Positions 1-12,502 of a stretch of 64,000 nucleotides of DNA are shown piece by piece. How positions within the stretch are numbered: the stretch's first letter is position 1; each line of letters begins with the position of its first letter. The notes under the pieces are model-generated. The model was not told the DNA's origin. It did no database searches and worked only from the letters and a program-made list of their open reading frames with translations. The translations under genes and the position numbers were made by a program. This stretch comes from Fistulifera solaris (lineage: Eukaryota). Location of the stretch: contig AP026126.1 in assembly GCA_030295235.1 (NCBI GenBank), positions 558,001-622,000 of the forward strand, written 5' to 3'.

Positions 1-26
1 TAGCTCAAGTGTTGACGGTTTATCGC

Positions 27-47
27 CACGACTGCATTTCAGTCATA
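27..47 (+). repeat. Dispersed palindrome copy CACGACTG-CATTT-CAGTCATA
   Basis: Matches the 56855 copy at 20 of 21 nt; lies about 165 bp upstream of the DXR ATG. Confidence 0.8.
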
Positions 48-210
48 AATCAATCTCATCAGAACCGGTGCGTCAGGAAGACACACGTTGAAGCAATCGT
101 CATCGCAAAATGGACGACGGATGAGAGAAGGAACAACATCAACATCAATAAGAGCCGACCTCCCTCCAAATATTTAATACAGAGTAGGTCTTCTTGCACT
201 CTCTTTTACC

Positions 211-1711
211 ATGAGAATACAATCAACTGCTATTTTAGCTCTCACTAGTGTCACTTCCGCGTATGTGGTGACGACCCCCAACGAGTTCCGTCGCTGTGCA
301 CGCCGCTCCGGGCTCGTTGGGGACGGGAGAAGGATGGATTGATCCTTCGGCACCCGTCGGAAGTGCCGCCTCTCTCAAATTAACGCTCCAAAAATCATTG
401 GAAGGATGTGAAAACTTTACCAAGCGTTTGAGTTTGCTCGGATCGACGGGATCGATTGGGACACAGACGCTCGAAATTGTCGACGCGTGTCCGGACAATT
501 TTGTGGTTGACGCACTCTCGGCGGGGACGAATGTGGAATTGTTTGCGAAGCAAGTTCTTAAGTATAAACCGAAAGTGGCGTCTTTGGCGACCGCGGAAGC
601 GGCGGCGGAGTTGAAAAGAGCGTTTGGTGGCGGCGGGATGTACCGAGATGCCCCAGATTGTATTTGGGGACGAAGGTATCTTGGAAGCGGCCACCGTCAG
701 TTCCGCGGATACGGTCGTCACCGGTATTGTCGGCGCGGCGGGTCTCAAGCCAACGATTGAAGCTATCAAACTCAAAAAAGACATTGCTCTCGCTAACAAA
801 GAAACATTGATTAGTGGTGGGCCCGTCATCAATCCTCTCGTCGAAAAATACGGAGTCGGAATGGTGCGTCTAACGCAATGATACTTTTCTTCTTTGCGTT
901 TGCTCATCTCTCACTCACATTTTTAACGACACAGCTCCCCGCGGATTCCGAGCACAGTGCTATCTTTCAGTGTTTGCAGGGTGTCCCGGAAGGAGCTCTG
1001 CGTCGCATCATTCTTACCGCATCGGGTGGGGCCTTTCGTGATTTCTCCAAAGAAGAACTGTTCCGCTTGTGCCAAGAAGATCCGCGCATGATTCAGGCCA
1101 AGGCCACTACTCATCCCAACTGGGATATGGGTGCCAAAATCACCCTCGATAGTGCCACCATGATGAATAAGGGATTGGAAGTCATTGAAGCGCATTACTT
1201 GTTTGGAGCCAGCTACGACGATATCGATATTGTGATCCATCCTCAATCGATTGTGCATTCCATGATTGAAACACAAGACACGTCTTGTTTAGCTCAATTG
1301 GGATGGGCCGATATGCGTTTGCCGTTGGTGTACAGTGTTTCATGGCCGCACCGACTCCGTATGCCCTACAAGCCACTCAATTTGGCGGAACTGGGAACGC
1401 TCACGTTCAAAGCACCGGATACGGAAAAGTATCCGTGCATCAAATTAGCCTACGAAGCTGGAAAGATGGGTGGAACCATGACCGCCGTGTTGAATGCCGC
1501 CAATGAAGCGGCCAACGAAATGTTCCGGGCGGATGTCGGTCTCGGATTTCTCGACATTCCTCGATTAATTGAAGGTGCCATGGAAGCACACAAGGAAGAG
1601 TTAAAGACAAAGGACATTGTTTTGGACGATATTCTGAATTACGATCAATGGGCACGCCAACATGTTCGTATTGCGAGTCAAAAATTGGACAAGAACCAAC
1701 TTTTCGTATGA
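211..1711 (+). CDS. DXR: 1-deoxy-D-xylulose 5-phosphate reductoisomerase (MEP pathway), plastid-targeted; intron 864..934; apparent frameshifts near 265-270 and 613-617
   Basis: Motifs [64 protein letters not shown]. Leader [18 protein letters not shown] resembles a diatom bipartite presequence. The GT..AG intron joins GM to LPADSEH. Confidence 0.95.
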
Positions 1712-1869
1712 AAGCAAGGTCAAAGTTGGATATGCAGGACATTATAACTCTTTGATAATAAAGCTTCCTTTTTATCCATCCTTACGGCTCCATCATTTGT
1801 CACTAAGTCTAGCCAAACATCAAATAATGACGACGAAGATCGACGCAATAATAACGTATTAGTATTCAT

Positions 1870-3084
1870 TCAATCCGATTTCGACTGACTTTTCGTATTG
1901 AGAGGCCTGGCAATTCCGTCCTCACCAAGTTGCAAGCAACGGTTCGAATGAATGACTTCATCCGTCACAAATTTTGACTGCCCAGGAGAAATCACGCAAA
2001 AATCGATGCCATATTTCTCTAGAAACATGAGATCGGCCTTCGCCGGTGCCTCGGCAATCACTTGATCCACACATGACACGGAGCACGCATTTAAAATCTT
2101 GTCCGTCATGCTTTCTCCTGGAACTCCAACGTATAGCTTCGAACCCATGGCTTTTGCCTGAATCCAAAGTCGGATCGTTTTGTGATCGAACGAAGTGACA
2201 TCGCCACTCACATAGACTACCCGACTGATAACTTTACGACGCACGGACTCATAGGCCAAGGGAACTGCCAAAAATAATACAAGGACTCCGAGGTAGCGCG
2301 TAAGGGGTATGATGAAAAGAGCTGTGCCCATCATTTCAAATGTTTGTTTGGCTTTTCCGACGTGATCGGCGGTGACAGCACTCGAGGAAAAATCAAATCC
2401 TTCCACCTTGGGTGCGGGTAATCCCCCGGACGTGAAATAAGCACGAAATCGAATACATCCACTAGCTGTTTCCGCCAAAATGAGCGAAAATAGCGTAAAG
2501 TACTGCAGCAACTTGATATAAGTCGAACCGGGGACAGTATTTAGCAGCAAAAATCCAGCAGGGGATGACGAAGGCTTTGTCACAGACTGCATCGACGAAT
2601 CCTCCATAGGAGCGTTGACGATGAATAGTGACCCACGAATCCAAGCAATGCGGCGATCCAGTGACGACCACTTCAAACGAGTCCTTATCCGAGTTGGTGG
2701 GCGAGGAAGCCCGTTTTTCCACTTTGTCATCTGTCGATGATGATTCCTTTTCTTTGGCCTTGTCATTCCAAAATCGCGCCACAACTCCATCGAGAAAATC
2801 ACCCAAATCCACCAACACCACCAAGAGAGAAGGCACCAGAGTGTGTCCCCACGCGAGCAACAGTAGCGTCGGTACGACGAGAATCGTTCGGGCGTACGTG
2901 ATGAAATTCGCGGTACACCAAACCGGAATGACATGATCGTCCAAAATTTGCCGCAAAACTTGATTGATGGCTCCGTAAAACTTTTCGTGAATCGCAACGA
3001 ACGGACGAATGAATGACCCGAGATAAAGTTCGACTAAAACGTCGACGAAATCCAAAAGAGGAGAGAAAACTTCTTTTGAGCCAT
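1870..3084 (-). CDS. CDP-alcohol phosphatidyltransferase fused to a C-terminal cytidylyltransferase-like domain; apparent frameshifts near 3065-3077 and 2549-2553
   Basis: N-terminal ANFITYAR and DLGDFLDGVVAR...GGFVDAVCDK match the CDP-AP signature. C-terminal VVYVSGD...QAKAMGSKLYVGV...VDQVIAEAP...FLEKYGIDF resembles the choline/ethanolamine-phosphate cytidylyltransferase fold. Confidence 0.8.
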
Positions 3085-3619
3085 TGCAATAATGCCAGAG
3101 AATGAATAGGTTTCAATGTCAAAGCAATGGCTGATTACAGCAGTTGAGAAAGCAGTGGGAAGAAGTAGGAGAAGGAGAAGAGTATTTGTTGAAATAAAAA
3201 AACACTTCTCGCTTGTTGATGTGTGTTTGAAAGCGGAGAGCACAACAACAAGAAAGTGAATAATAACGCGGAGATCGTGTGTTATTATTTATTTGACGGA
3301 GTTCTGGTCCGTTCGGTGCGCCGCAGCGGAGGGAGAATTTCGTTCGCATTGAAGAAAAGCGTTGCGACATGCAACGGTACTCAACTTCTCCTTGTGCACC
3401 CAACCAGTACTCTATAGTCGATATAGTCAAAAAGAATGAATCTCTCCACATCGACAAGAAGAGATCATTCAACCACATCACATGGATGCAGCCATCCATC
3501 ACAAGAATTTGCTTCCCCCGCAAGGCGTGAATTTTGATTTGCAACAGAATTTCATTGTCAACTTGGCACAAACTTTCATATTTTCAAGAAAGAAAAAGAA
3601 GAAAAGAATAGTAGAGACT

Positions 3620-5834
3620 ATGAAAGCACTCACCAATCTCATTGCGGGTACTCACAAAAGAGACAAACACGGGGATTCGTCTCCCGATGAGCTCGATATT
3701 CATATCAAGCGCAATACGGTAACGATATCATCTACAGTTATTGCTGCCGATGAACCATCTGATTCCTGCATAAGTTGGGACTGGCGTGCCAATACGAGTC
3801 GATCGCCCCCTGTGCAAGAAGAAGCGCGAACGACTTTGGAGTCACCACCCCTTTCCACCAAGAAGAAAGATTATTACGCTGGTTCGGCAGAAATTGCGAC
3901 AGAAACATCCTTGACAGTCACAAGGTTGGAGCCGGTAAGTGTTCTGTTGCATCAAGAACATGTTCGGGTGTCGTTTATCTCACACAATCTGACACGTTCA
4001 CCGCTTACTGTAGAGGAGAAAACTCACGAAAGATTCGACCCGCCTCGTGATTGCCTTGGTCGGCCTTCCCGCACGAGGAAAGTCCTTTGTTGCCCGGAAA
4101 CTAGAAGCCCATTTGCAGTGGAGTGGGGCGCAGTGTAAGATCTTTAATGTAGGAAAGTACCGTCGCAAGGCATACGGGGAAACCATTCAAAAAGAACAGC
4201 GGGAAGAGATTACGGAGCGAGACCAGAAAGGGGCCTGCAACGCCGATTTTTTCGATCCCAGCAACAAGAAGGCGGCGGATTTGCGACAGAAAGTAGCGGA
4301 AATGGCACTTCGAGATATGCTGCGGTGGTTGGATTGTGAGGACGAAACCGACTACGACGATGACGCCTCGTATCAGGGAGAGTATCATCGACAAAATACC
4401 GCTAGTTCCTACGGAACCACCCGTGCGTACGTCGAACACGGCAGGATTGCTATTTTCGATGCCACAAATTCCACCGATAAACGAAGACAGTGGATTCTGG
4501 AAGAGTGTACATCTCCGGAAAAGAGAGTAGGGAAGCAGACGGGAGTTGTATTTGTGGAGTCGGTGTGTGATGATCAGGAGTTGTTGGATGAGAATTTCAG
4601 GTACAAAGTTGCCAACAGTCCGGATTTTGAGGGTATGTCGGCGGAGGAAGCGCTGGCAGATTTGAAAAATCGTGTGGCAAAGTACGAGTCAAGTTACGAA
4701 ACAATCCAGGACGATTCGCTCTCGTATATCAAAGTGTTTAATCTTTCGACAAAACTTTTGGTGAATCATATTTATGGGCGTATGGCGAAAGACTTGGTCC
4801 CTGCCTTGATGGCTTGGCACATTGGTACAAGACCTGTGTATCTTTGCCGTCCCGGACAGACCATGTCTGGCATTGTGACCGACGGGGAAGACTATGTAGC
4901 AATGAATTCAATCGACCCATCCGATCCCCGTTTTCTTGACATGTCAACCAAAACTCGACGAAGAAGTATGCGCGGGGATAGTCTCGGGCCGAATGGGACC
5001 AAGTTTCGAGAGAGGCTTTTCGATTTTTGTTATCAAGAAGTCCGTGAGTTTGTTGCAAAACGCGCCAGCGTCCGAGATAATGTCTTTACGGGCACCTCTA
5101 TCTCAGGTTTGGCAATTTCTTCCGCACCGAGCGCGGATGGGACGTACTCCAGAAATGATCCATTCCCATTGAAACTCATTACAAGTACGATGCCTCGAGC
5201 AGTCGATACAGTCCGATGGGATGACAACGAGTTCAGCATCACTCAAATGTCGAACTTGAATCCACTCGACAAGGGTGATTTCGTTGGGAAAGAGATTGAC
5301 GAGTGGAAGAGCTTCGATCCTGCGTGGTTTGCCAAGCTTGAAAGAGATCCTTTCGGAACACGGTGCGTATCTGACCTTGTATTGGTTTTCTTTACTCATC
5401 TCTTGGCTCACATTATATCAACTCTTAGATTTCCTGGGGGCGAAAGCTACCATGACTTGATACGCCGGTTAACTCCTGTTATAATTGATGTTGAGCAGCA
5501 AGTTGTCCCGACCCTTGTCGTTAGCCACGTCAGTATCTTGCAATGTCTTATGGCGTATTTTCGCAACTCTCCCGTTGATAAATGCATGTCAATTGAGGTT
5601 CCACTTCACGCGGTGATAAAGTACACACCCGTTCGTGGTGGCGGATGGAGCGAGACCATCATTTCATTACACGACAATACTGAAACGATGCCTCTCGTAC
5701 CTGTGCTGTCGACAGGGGAGTTAAGCGCGATGAGTGGTTCGGAGCACGGTCCTATCTGGAGCGACCATTTGACGGCGAATCCGTGTGCATCCCCGTCTCC
5801 GAAACCTACAAAACCAATACGTTTTGTCACGTAG
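3620..5834 (+). CDS. 6-phosphofructo-2-kinase/fructose-2,6-bisphosphatase family protein; introns 3935..4013 and 5363..5428
   Basis: P-loop VGLPARGKS, FNVGKYRR, IAIFDATNST, VFVESVCDD, RFPGGESY. Removing the introns restores the frame and the RFPGGES motif. Confidence 0.92.
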
Positions 5835-5991
5835 TATGAATGGGTGTTCTAGCGAAGCTGAACAGTATAATTTGTAATCAACATTTACTATGTATTTCTT
5901 GAAGAACCCTTCACATTTGGGCCCAACAACGATGTCAATAATCTCGTGGGTAAGGTGACATTATCACCATATACCTTTACAAGCTGCTAAA

Positions 5992-6934
5992 TCAAATGGA
6001 CACAATGTTATCTTCTTCTATGGCCTTTGCTTCTTTACTTTCCATGTCGGACTCGTGCTTTGTTTTAGAAGCATCTTCGTGTAGACTCTGGTCAAGGTGC
6101 GAGGCTGACGTCTGGCTATCACCTCCCACGGAGCTCTGTATTGTTGATAAAAAGACAAGCACGATGAGGTACGGATACAAGTGGAGACGAAAATGCAATA
6201 CCATGACACAATCAACTTACCTTATCGCCGTCTTTCTTCTGGCGTGCGTTCGCGGCGCGCTCTCGGCGTTTGCGATTCTTGATCTCAAGCTCGGCGGGGC
6301 TGAGTTTCTGATAACGTTCCCTTTCAAGTTTCGCGCGCCTGGCGTTTCGCTCTTTGGCATCGTCCGAGGTGAGAGAGTGATAGCGGTTACGTTCGCGCTC
6401 GCGGCGCTTCTGGCGACTGTTTTCGGACTGGCGATGATACTGTTCGCGTCTCTTCGAGTTATACGCACGACGCTGCTCGGGGGTCATGGTGGCATATCGC
6501 TGACGGTCTTTCAATCTTCGAGCGGCAAGCTGCTCTTCGTGTGATAGAGATCCTTTCTTTTTGGGTGGGCCGGGCTTCACTTCGTCCTCAACAGACTTCT
6601 CGCGGTAGCGTTTCCTGCGCTGCTCATTTTTCTTCTGTTGAGCTGCTTCTTCGGCGGCGGCAACCGCCTTATCGGAGTCTTCCACAGCCTCAACGGCTAA
6701 CGCAGCGGCGAGAGCAGCAGCGTCATCGACCGCAGATGCTGCTTCCACAGCAGCTGCTGCCGCTTGCGCGATCAACATAGAAGTCGTGTCATCGGCTTTC
6801 GATTTCTCGTCCTCCAAATCCTTGACATCGTCAATATGGTCAACCTTGACATCATCGTGATGCTCTTCGTTCGTAACCGGTAACCCGTCTTCCGCATCTG
6901 CGCTGTTCGTGTGAGAATGGTTTTCGTCGACCAT
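5992..6934 (-). CDS. Hypothetical basic helical-repeat protein, possibly nucleic-acid binding; intron 6136..6220
   Basis: 240-aa ORF with an acidic/Ala-rich N-terminus and Arg/Lys-rich repeats. A GTAAGT donor and CAG acceptor join in frame to SSVGGDSQ...NIVSI*. Confidence 0.7.
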
Positions 6935-7653
6935 GATGGCGATGGATGTTGGTCTTGACGTCTGTTCTTTGATGTGGATGATGGGTCTGTCGAGGTCAGC
7001 CGTCTGTTAGCTTGTCTCGTTCGCTTGTTGTCGTTATGATGTTGCGATGCAAGACCGCAAGACGGTCGGTTTTTGGTTGGTCGGTCTGTTGTGTGCATGG
7101 TGCGTGGTGGCTTCGTTCGTTCGTTTGGTTTTTGAAATTTTCTTCTGCTGCAACTTTCTCTGTAGGTTTCGTACGGAAGGCTACGGGCATCACAGCAAGA
7201 TAGATTTATTTAGCTACTCCACTGAACACAATTACCGATAGTTACTTTTTCAAAGTAGAAAGATTACTGGGCCTACGTATTGCATAATATCTACGTACAT
7301 TAGCTACAGGAATGCAGAATGATTACTTATACTGGTACCTTGTACTTTGTACTTTGTCCTTTACTTATAATAATGAGTCCAATCTATGCGGATACAGTTT
7401 GAGGCAGACGTATGCTGTTGATCTGTACAAAACCACCTCACCGCATACCGGTACCGTATGGTAAGCTGGGTCAACTTGGATGCCCCTTAACTTTTAGTGT
7501 AAGGCGCTTTTCTGCAGGTTTGAATTTATTCCATTCACATTCCAACGAGATCACTTTGTTTTTCCAGAACCGACACAATATCACTCTTCGCGAAGCATAT
7601 AGAGTGAAATCATCCAAGTAGCTGACATTACCCAAATTCGTGACATGCCATCG

Positions 7654-8205
7654 TTATAAGCTTTTGTGACGGTACCGTGCCTCTTTTAGTTGCTCAACGG
7701 ATCTTTGTACTGAAAACGAGTCATTTCGAAGCCACAAAGCAGCCAATGTGGTTAAAAAGTTTCCCACGAATAGTCCTTGATGGTACATTACTGTCATTGA
7801 GGAGGAGTCTTCCCCTTGAATACTTCGAGCATGAAATAAAATCGACGAGCCCAACAATAAACTTATAATCCACGGAATAACGAGTATCCATCGCAGTTGA
7901 GTTGTGGGAGTCGACGGCAGTGCCACACCAGGAGTCAACACATGGAGAGTTGCCGTCATTAGAACGTGAATCCAACGGAAGAGTCTTCGCGATGGAACCA
8001 AAGCTTCACGCACTTCCAAGAAAAGAAGCGAAAGAATAGAAAGAATAGCCGCTCCAATACAAATACCACGAAAAACTAGATTGATCTCTCGTTGTTGCTT
8101 GTCCATTTCTTGCGCGAAGCGATGGATTATCTGGTCTTGATCGTCTGTGTCTAATATTTCCACTGTCTTGCTCGGTTTCAAATCTTGATTTTTTCGTCTT
8201 CTCAT
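7654..8205 (-). CDS. Hypothetical membrane protein (about 4 hydrophobic segments)
   Basis: 183-aa ATG-initiated ORF with four hydrophobic stretches and a basic C-terminus. Confidence 0.65.
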   Translation of the reverse strand: MRRRKNQDLKPSKTVEILDTDDQDQIIHRFAQEMDKQQREINLVFRGICIGAAILSILSLLFLEVREALVPSRRLFRWIHVLMTATLHVLTPGVALPSTPTTQLRWILVIPWIISLLLGSSILFHARSIQGEDSSSMTVMYHQGLFVGNFLTTLAALWLRNDSFSVQRSVEQLKEARYRHKSL

Positions 8206-8505
8206 ATTCTTATTCCATATAGTGAATTGCCCATTGATTAATGTTCTTTGTCAATTGCATAAAAGGATAGTCTAATTCAATACACGCCGCCGTTTTGCGT
8301 TTGCGTCGTCGCCAGTTTTTTACCCATTGTCGTTAATCGCGTTTCCTTTCAACTGAGTAACGGTCCGACACACCGGAAGTATGCCGCGGTTCGTCGTCTT
8401 TCACAACATTTCTCATGATGTGACCTATTACACGCTACAGTATTTGTTGCCCTTTTGCCATTCGTTTTCAAACAATAGCTTGGAGAGTCAATTAAGTAAA
8501 TAAAA

Positions 8506-9886
8506 ATGACATCGATGAAGCCACCGAATCGTTGGGACGTTACGGGGTTTCCTGTTTTCGCTCTTTCGTGGTTTGGCGACCCGGATGACGGCACGTCGAT
8601 TGTGGCCTGCAGTGGCGGTGGAGGAAGCGCCAAGACGGGTGTCAAGAATTACATTTCGGTAACGATCAATGCCGATCCGGAAGCGCGTCAAATTAGTACA
8701 GGAACTAATGTGAGTGGAAAAAACGTGTATTTGTGAAACTGAAGCGAAATTCTGACCTTGATATGCCTTCTAGCTCGGCACGAAATTGCACATTTACAAA
8801 AGTCAACAGACACAAAAACTATGGCTCCTTGCTGGAGTGGCACTGGAGAAAAGCGACATGGGAGGCGAAATTCATCGCTACAGTCTCCCCGATTGTAACC
8901 TGGATTGCTTTATGAAGCTAGAGACCCCTGTGAGTGCTTTGGCTGTGAATCCGATGACGGATTTGATAGCGGTTGGTTGTGAAAATGGCACCGTGGCGGC
9001 CTTTGCATTGTCCGATGATGGGTTTGGTGAACAGTTGTATACGTGTCAAAAACATACAGAGGAAATTTGTTGCCTCACATTCACTGTTCGAGGATCCAAG
9101 CTGCTTTCCAGTGCGAAAGATGGAACCTGTCTTGTCTGGGATGACAAAGATGGATCTTTGTTAAGCGAGGTCACATGCGAAATTCCAGCGGAAGATCCTG
9201 CTTTGAATAAAAACAACAACAAGAACAAGAGAAAGCCGAGGGCAAAAGGCAACGTGATTGTAAGAGGCTGCGCATTTGGAGATCTCGAAGGAAATATCTT
9301 TTATTCTGTTGCATCCTATCGAATGGGAAGCTCGTATCTTTACCGATGGTTTGCGGATCGAAACAACCCATCACAGTATCAACTGCATGATCGAGTTGCT
9401 TGTACACAGTCACCAGTTTCGGCCATGTCTTTGTCACAGGATGGTGGATTGCTTGTGATGGGAACAACAGAAAGCTCGGTGACTCTTTGGGGAACGGCCG
9501 AGTGGCGGCCGCTCAAAGTCTTCCGCGAAGTCCACGGATTTCTCCCTACCTGTGCGGCTGCCCGACCTTTTCCCGTCGCTCTACAAGGAGAGGAAGATGG
9601 AGTTCAAGTTCATGCCCGAACCGGATCAGGAGATGGCACCATTGCATGTATGACTCTACAAAAGTCAGCTCCAGGCGCGATACCTAAAGGTTCGTCAGGG
9701 GGTTATGCATTCATGTTACTATTGCACCGGCTACTTGTGGCCATGATACTTGGCTGTATCTTTTCGCCAGTCTTGAAAGAAGCTCATACCAGATGCCGTG
9801 CCTCTGAGACCACGGCAACATGTTTATTGCAAGAAGGATTCTATATCCCGAGTTCAAGGCTTACCCTAGAGTCAAAACCTTATTAA
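8506..9886 (+). CDS. SEC12: SEC12/PREB-like WD40 guanine nucleotide exchange factor for Sar1; intron 8710..8773
   Basis: Sec12 K-loop signature GGGGSAKTGVKN, WD40 repeats (LLSSAKDGTCLVWD) and a C-terminal transmembrane segment. Confidence 0.8.
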
Positions 9887-10053
9887 GTAGACGCTCTTAC
9901 GTGAAGATTATAATGAAAACGCTAAAAGGCTTACAATGGTATTATCATTACAGTAGCTTTGCCCGGCCTAACTACGGAAGAAAGGTGTTTTCTCGTATTA
10001 GCTGTACAGTGTGGGTGGACCAAGAAATCTGCCATACTTCGTCGCATGAACTT

Positions 10054-11420
10054 TTAAGATTCTTGCCCTGATGCCGCAAAGGCTCGAACGGTCCTTATAA
10101 ATCCAACCAAGGCCTCAGCATCTTCTGCAGTTCGCAGGCGCTTATCGGCTGGCTCGGTATCTGATCCGCTCGTCGCCGTGGCCTGATCGTCTGATTGGTC
10201 GGTAAGTACGCCTAGGCCGGCTGTCTTCTCGTGTATTTCAGGGCCTTCGTGAATGAGCCGTTGAACTTCTTTCATTTGGTTCTCCAGGCTCTTCGATGCT
10301 TCGTCGCTAGAGGCGGGCCCGCTGGATGGGTCTTCAAGCAGCGACTTTGCTCTATCTAGCCAGGCTGCAGTTTGAACAACTGTAGTCTTCTTTGAATATA
10401 TATGACCGTCTTGTGGTTGTGCTCCGGCGACAGCTGCAGTTGTCGCGGCTAACTTCTTGGCAGAATCACGTTGTTGTGATTCGAGTCGTCTATGCCATCG
10501 TTTCTCGAGATGTAATAGTTCAGACTGTTGGTCAAGATCAGTGAGGCTCAGTGTACAAGCGATATCAGTGCAGAGAAAACCGCTATACTTACTTGAGCTT
10601 TGTCGATGGAAGACGCATTGTTTGGACTTCGGACTGCAGGATGGAAAACGCGCTTGCCAATACAAGCATCACCAGTAAATTTCTTAGTTATCCTCATAGG
10701 GTCACACTGAAGCTTTTCGGAGAGATAAGTGCGCAAAGTTGTGCCAGCGGGTGCATCAAGGTATCCTGAGTTGAAGTCTTGTATTACCCTTGCTACATAA
10801 GCTTCCTCTTCAGCGGTCCATTTACCGCGCCTTAACCGCCCATTCCTCTCTGAACCCAACAACTTTGATGCGTCATTATCAGAGATTGCAGTCACAACAA
10901 TCTGCGATGGAATGAGGGCCGTAGCACTGTCGTCGGAACCATGCGATCTTGGCGACTTATCTTCTTCGGCTTTCTTCGCTCTCAGTTTTTCCTCGTGAAA
11001 CTCGTTAACTTTTGAGGGTTCTAAGATCTTGATATGCTGTTCTGGGGGCTCTATTTTTCCTGGAAAACTTGCAGCCTCCTTTTCTAGTTTCGTATCGGCA
11101 TCCTCATTTTTCAAAGCAGTAACTTCAACCAGATCCGACCGTAATGTCGATGCTTCTTTGCTAGGCACCTCATCCTTGTAACTGCTATTCGTAACAACAT
11201 TATCAGCATCTGATACTGAGCGCTGAGCTTTCGCGTCGGGACTTTCATTGTCGTTTTCCTGCTCAGTGGAGGGAACGCCTTCCAGCTTGGACCGCCCTTT
11301 TTCTGTCATTTTTAGCATCCCCGACGGAGAAGACTGCACCACTCTCCTGCACTGTTTGGAGTCGATTTCCAACAAAACTTGACACTCCGTAGGCTCCACG
11401 GTATCCAAGGCCCTTTTCAA
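10054..11420 (-). CDS. Hypothetical protein with a Myb/SANT-like 'RRGKWT..EE' domain; intron 10525..10592; start codon uncertain
   Basis: LRRGKWTAEEEAYVARVIQDFNSGYL...TLRTYLSEKLQCDPMRITKKF. GTAAGT..CAG intron joins KAQ to SELLHLE in frame. Confidence 0.7.
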
Positions 11421-12502
11421 ATTACTCCATTGACTTCAGAAAGATACTTTGTGCTGCAAGTTCATTGAAAAGAGTGGAGCAGATGGCAGGCCAGGATCAA
11501 GGAGATGATGGGAACTTTTTTCCAATGGAGATTCGAGATACCGACTTCAACCTCCCAAACCTTCAAGCTGTCCAATTGGCCAGTGTATTATCCCAAGAGT
11601 ACTAACCGCGAACAGGTTGAATCGTGAACTTGATTACCGGTAAGATTCGATGCACTGTAGAAAAGACACACGCTTCAATAAAGACAACCAATGAGAATTC
11701 ACCGCCAATTGCCCAGGCTTGCAACTGTGAACGAAACTGTAAAACGGCAACTTTCGCTTTTCGCGGTAATTTTTTCTTTGGTTGCTACTCCGGAGTAGTT
11801 GCGATGAAAGACGAAGCGGAAGGGGGAAGAAAACGAGCGGAACAAATAGGAAAGTATCAGATCAGCTCCTATTTTACTGCTGAAATTCACTTACAAAAAC
11901 GTCTACAACAACTGAAATGATAATGCTGCGACCCCCAGAATTTTTATTGGCCTTGAATAAAGACGGACGATACAGGGTGGCACGATCGATTGACATTCCC
12001 CTCGCGCCATTTTTATGAAATTTTTTCGAACGCCTCGATTAATCACGAATGACTGTGCAATCACGAGTTCGATGACTCTCCAGTCTCCAGCTTTCCAGCA
12101 TTGATCGTCGGGTAATACAAAACATGTTCGATGTTTCGAGCTCAATTCATCATGGCTGTGTCCTACATAATAAATTATAGTTGTTGAATTATGTGGATAA
12201 TTTTGGTACCGTTTGAAGTGAGCACACGCTTTGATAACGGTTCCGTGATTGATTATAACGGTAATCGCTAATTGACTTTCGTGATGCAAACGTCTCACAA
12301 GGTTATTTGCAGGGACAACGTCATTGGGGCACTGTTTGTTCCGAAGTGCTCGCTACTTGCTTTGGCCGTGTTGTCCGTTGCACGAGGCTCGAGCGAGGCA
12401 TGGCAACGAAACCACAAACCACCATGTTGTGTGCTGCAACTTGCTGTTGATAAACGATTGAAAGGCAGCACATCATTTGTTTCTACCAAATTTATTTGAA
12501 AT

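Noticed and set aside
11421..11465. In-frame TGA near the 5' end of the Myb-like gene as selenocysteine or readthrough
   Set aside because: There is no redox motif or visible SECIS. A downstream start or a local sequence error is a simpler explanation.
11624..12499. Short ORFs in the divergent intergenic region
   Set aside because: They have no motifs or splice support and are consistent with random ORFs in a promoter region.
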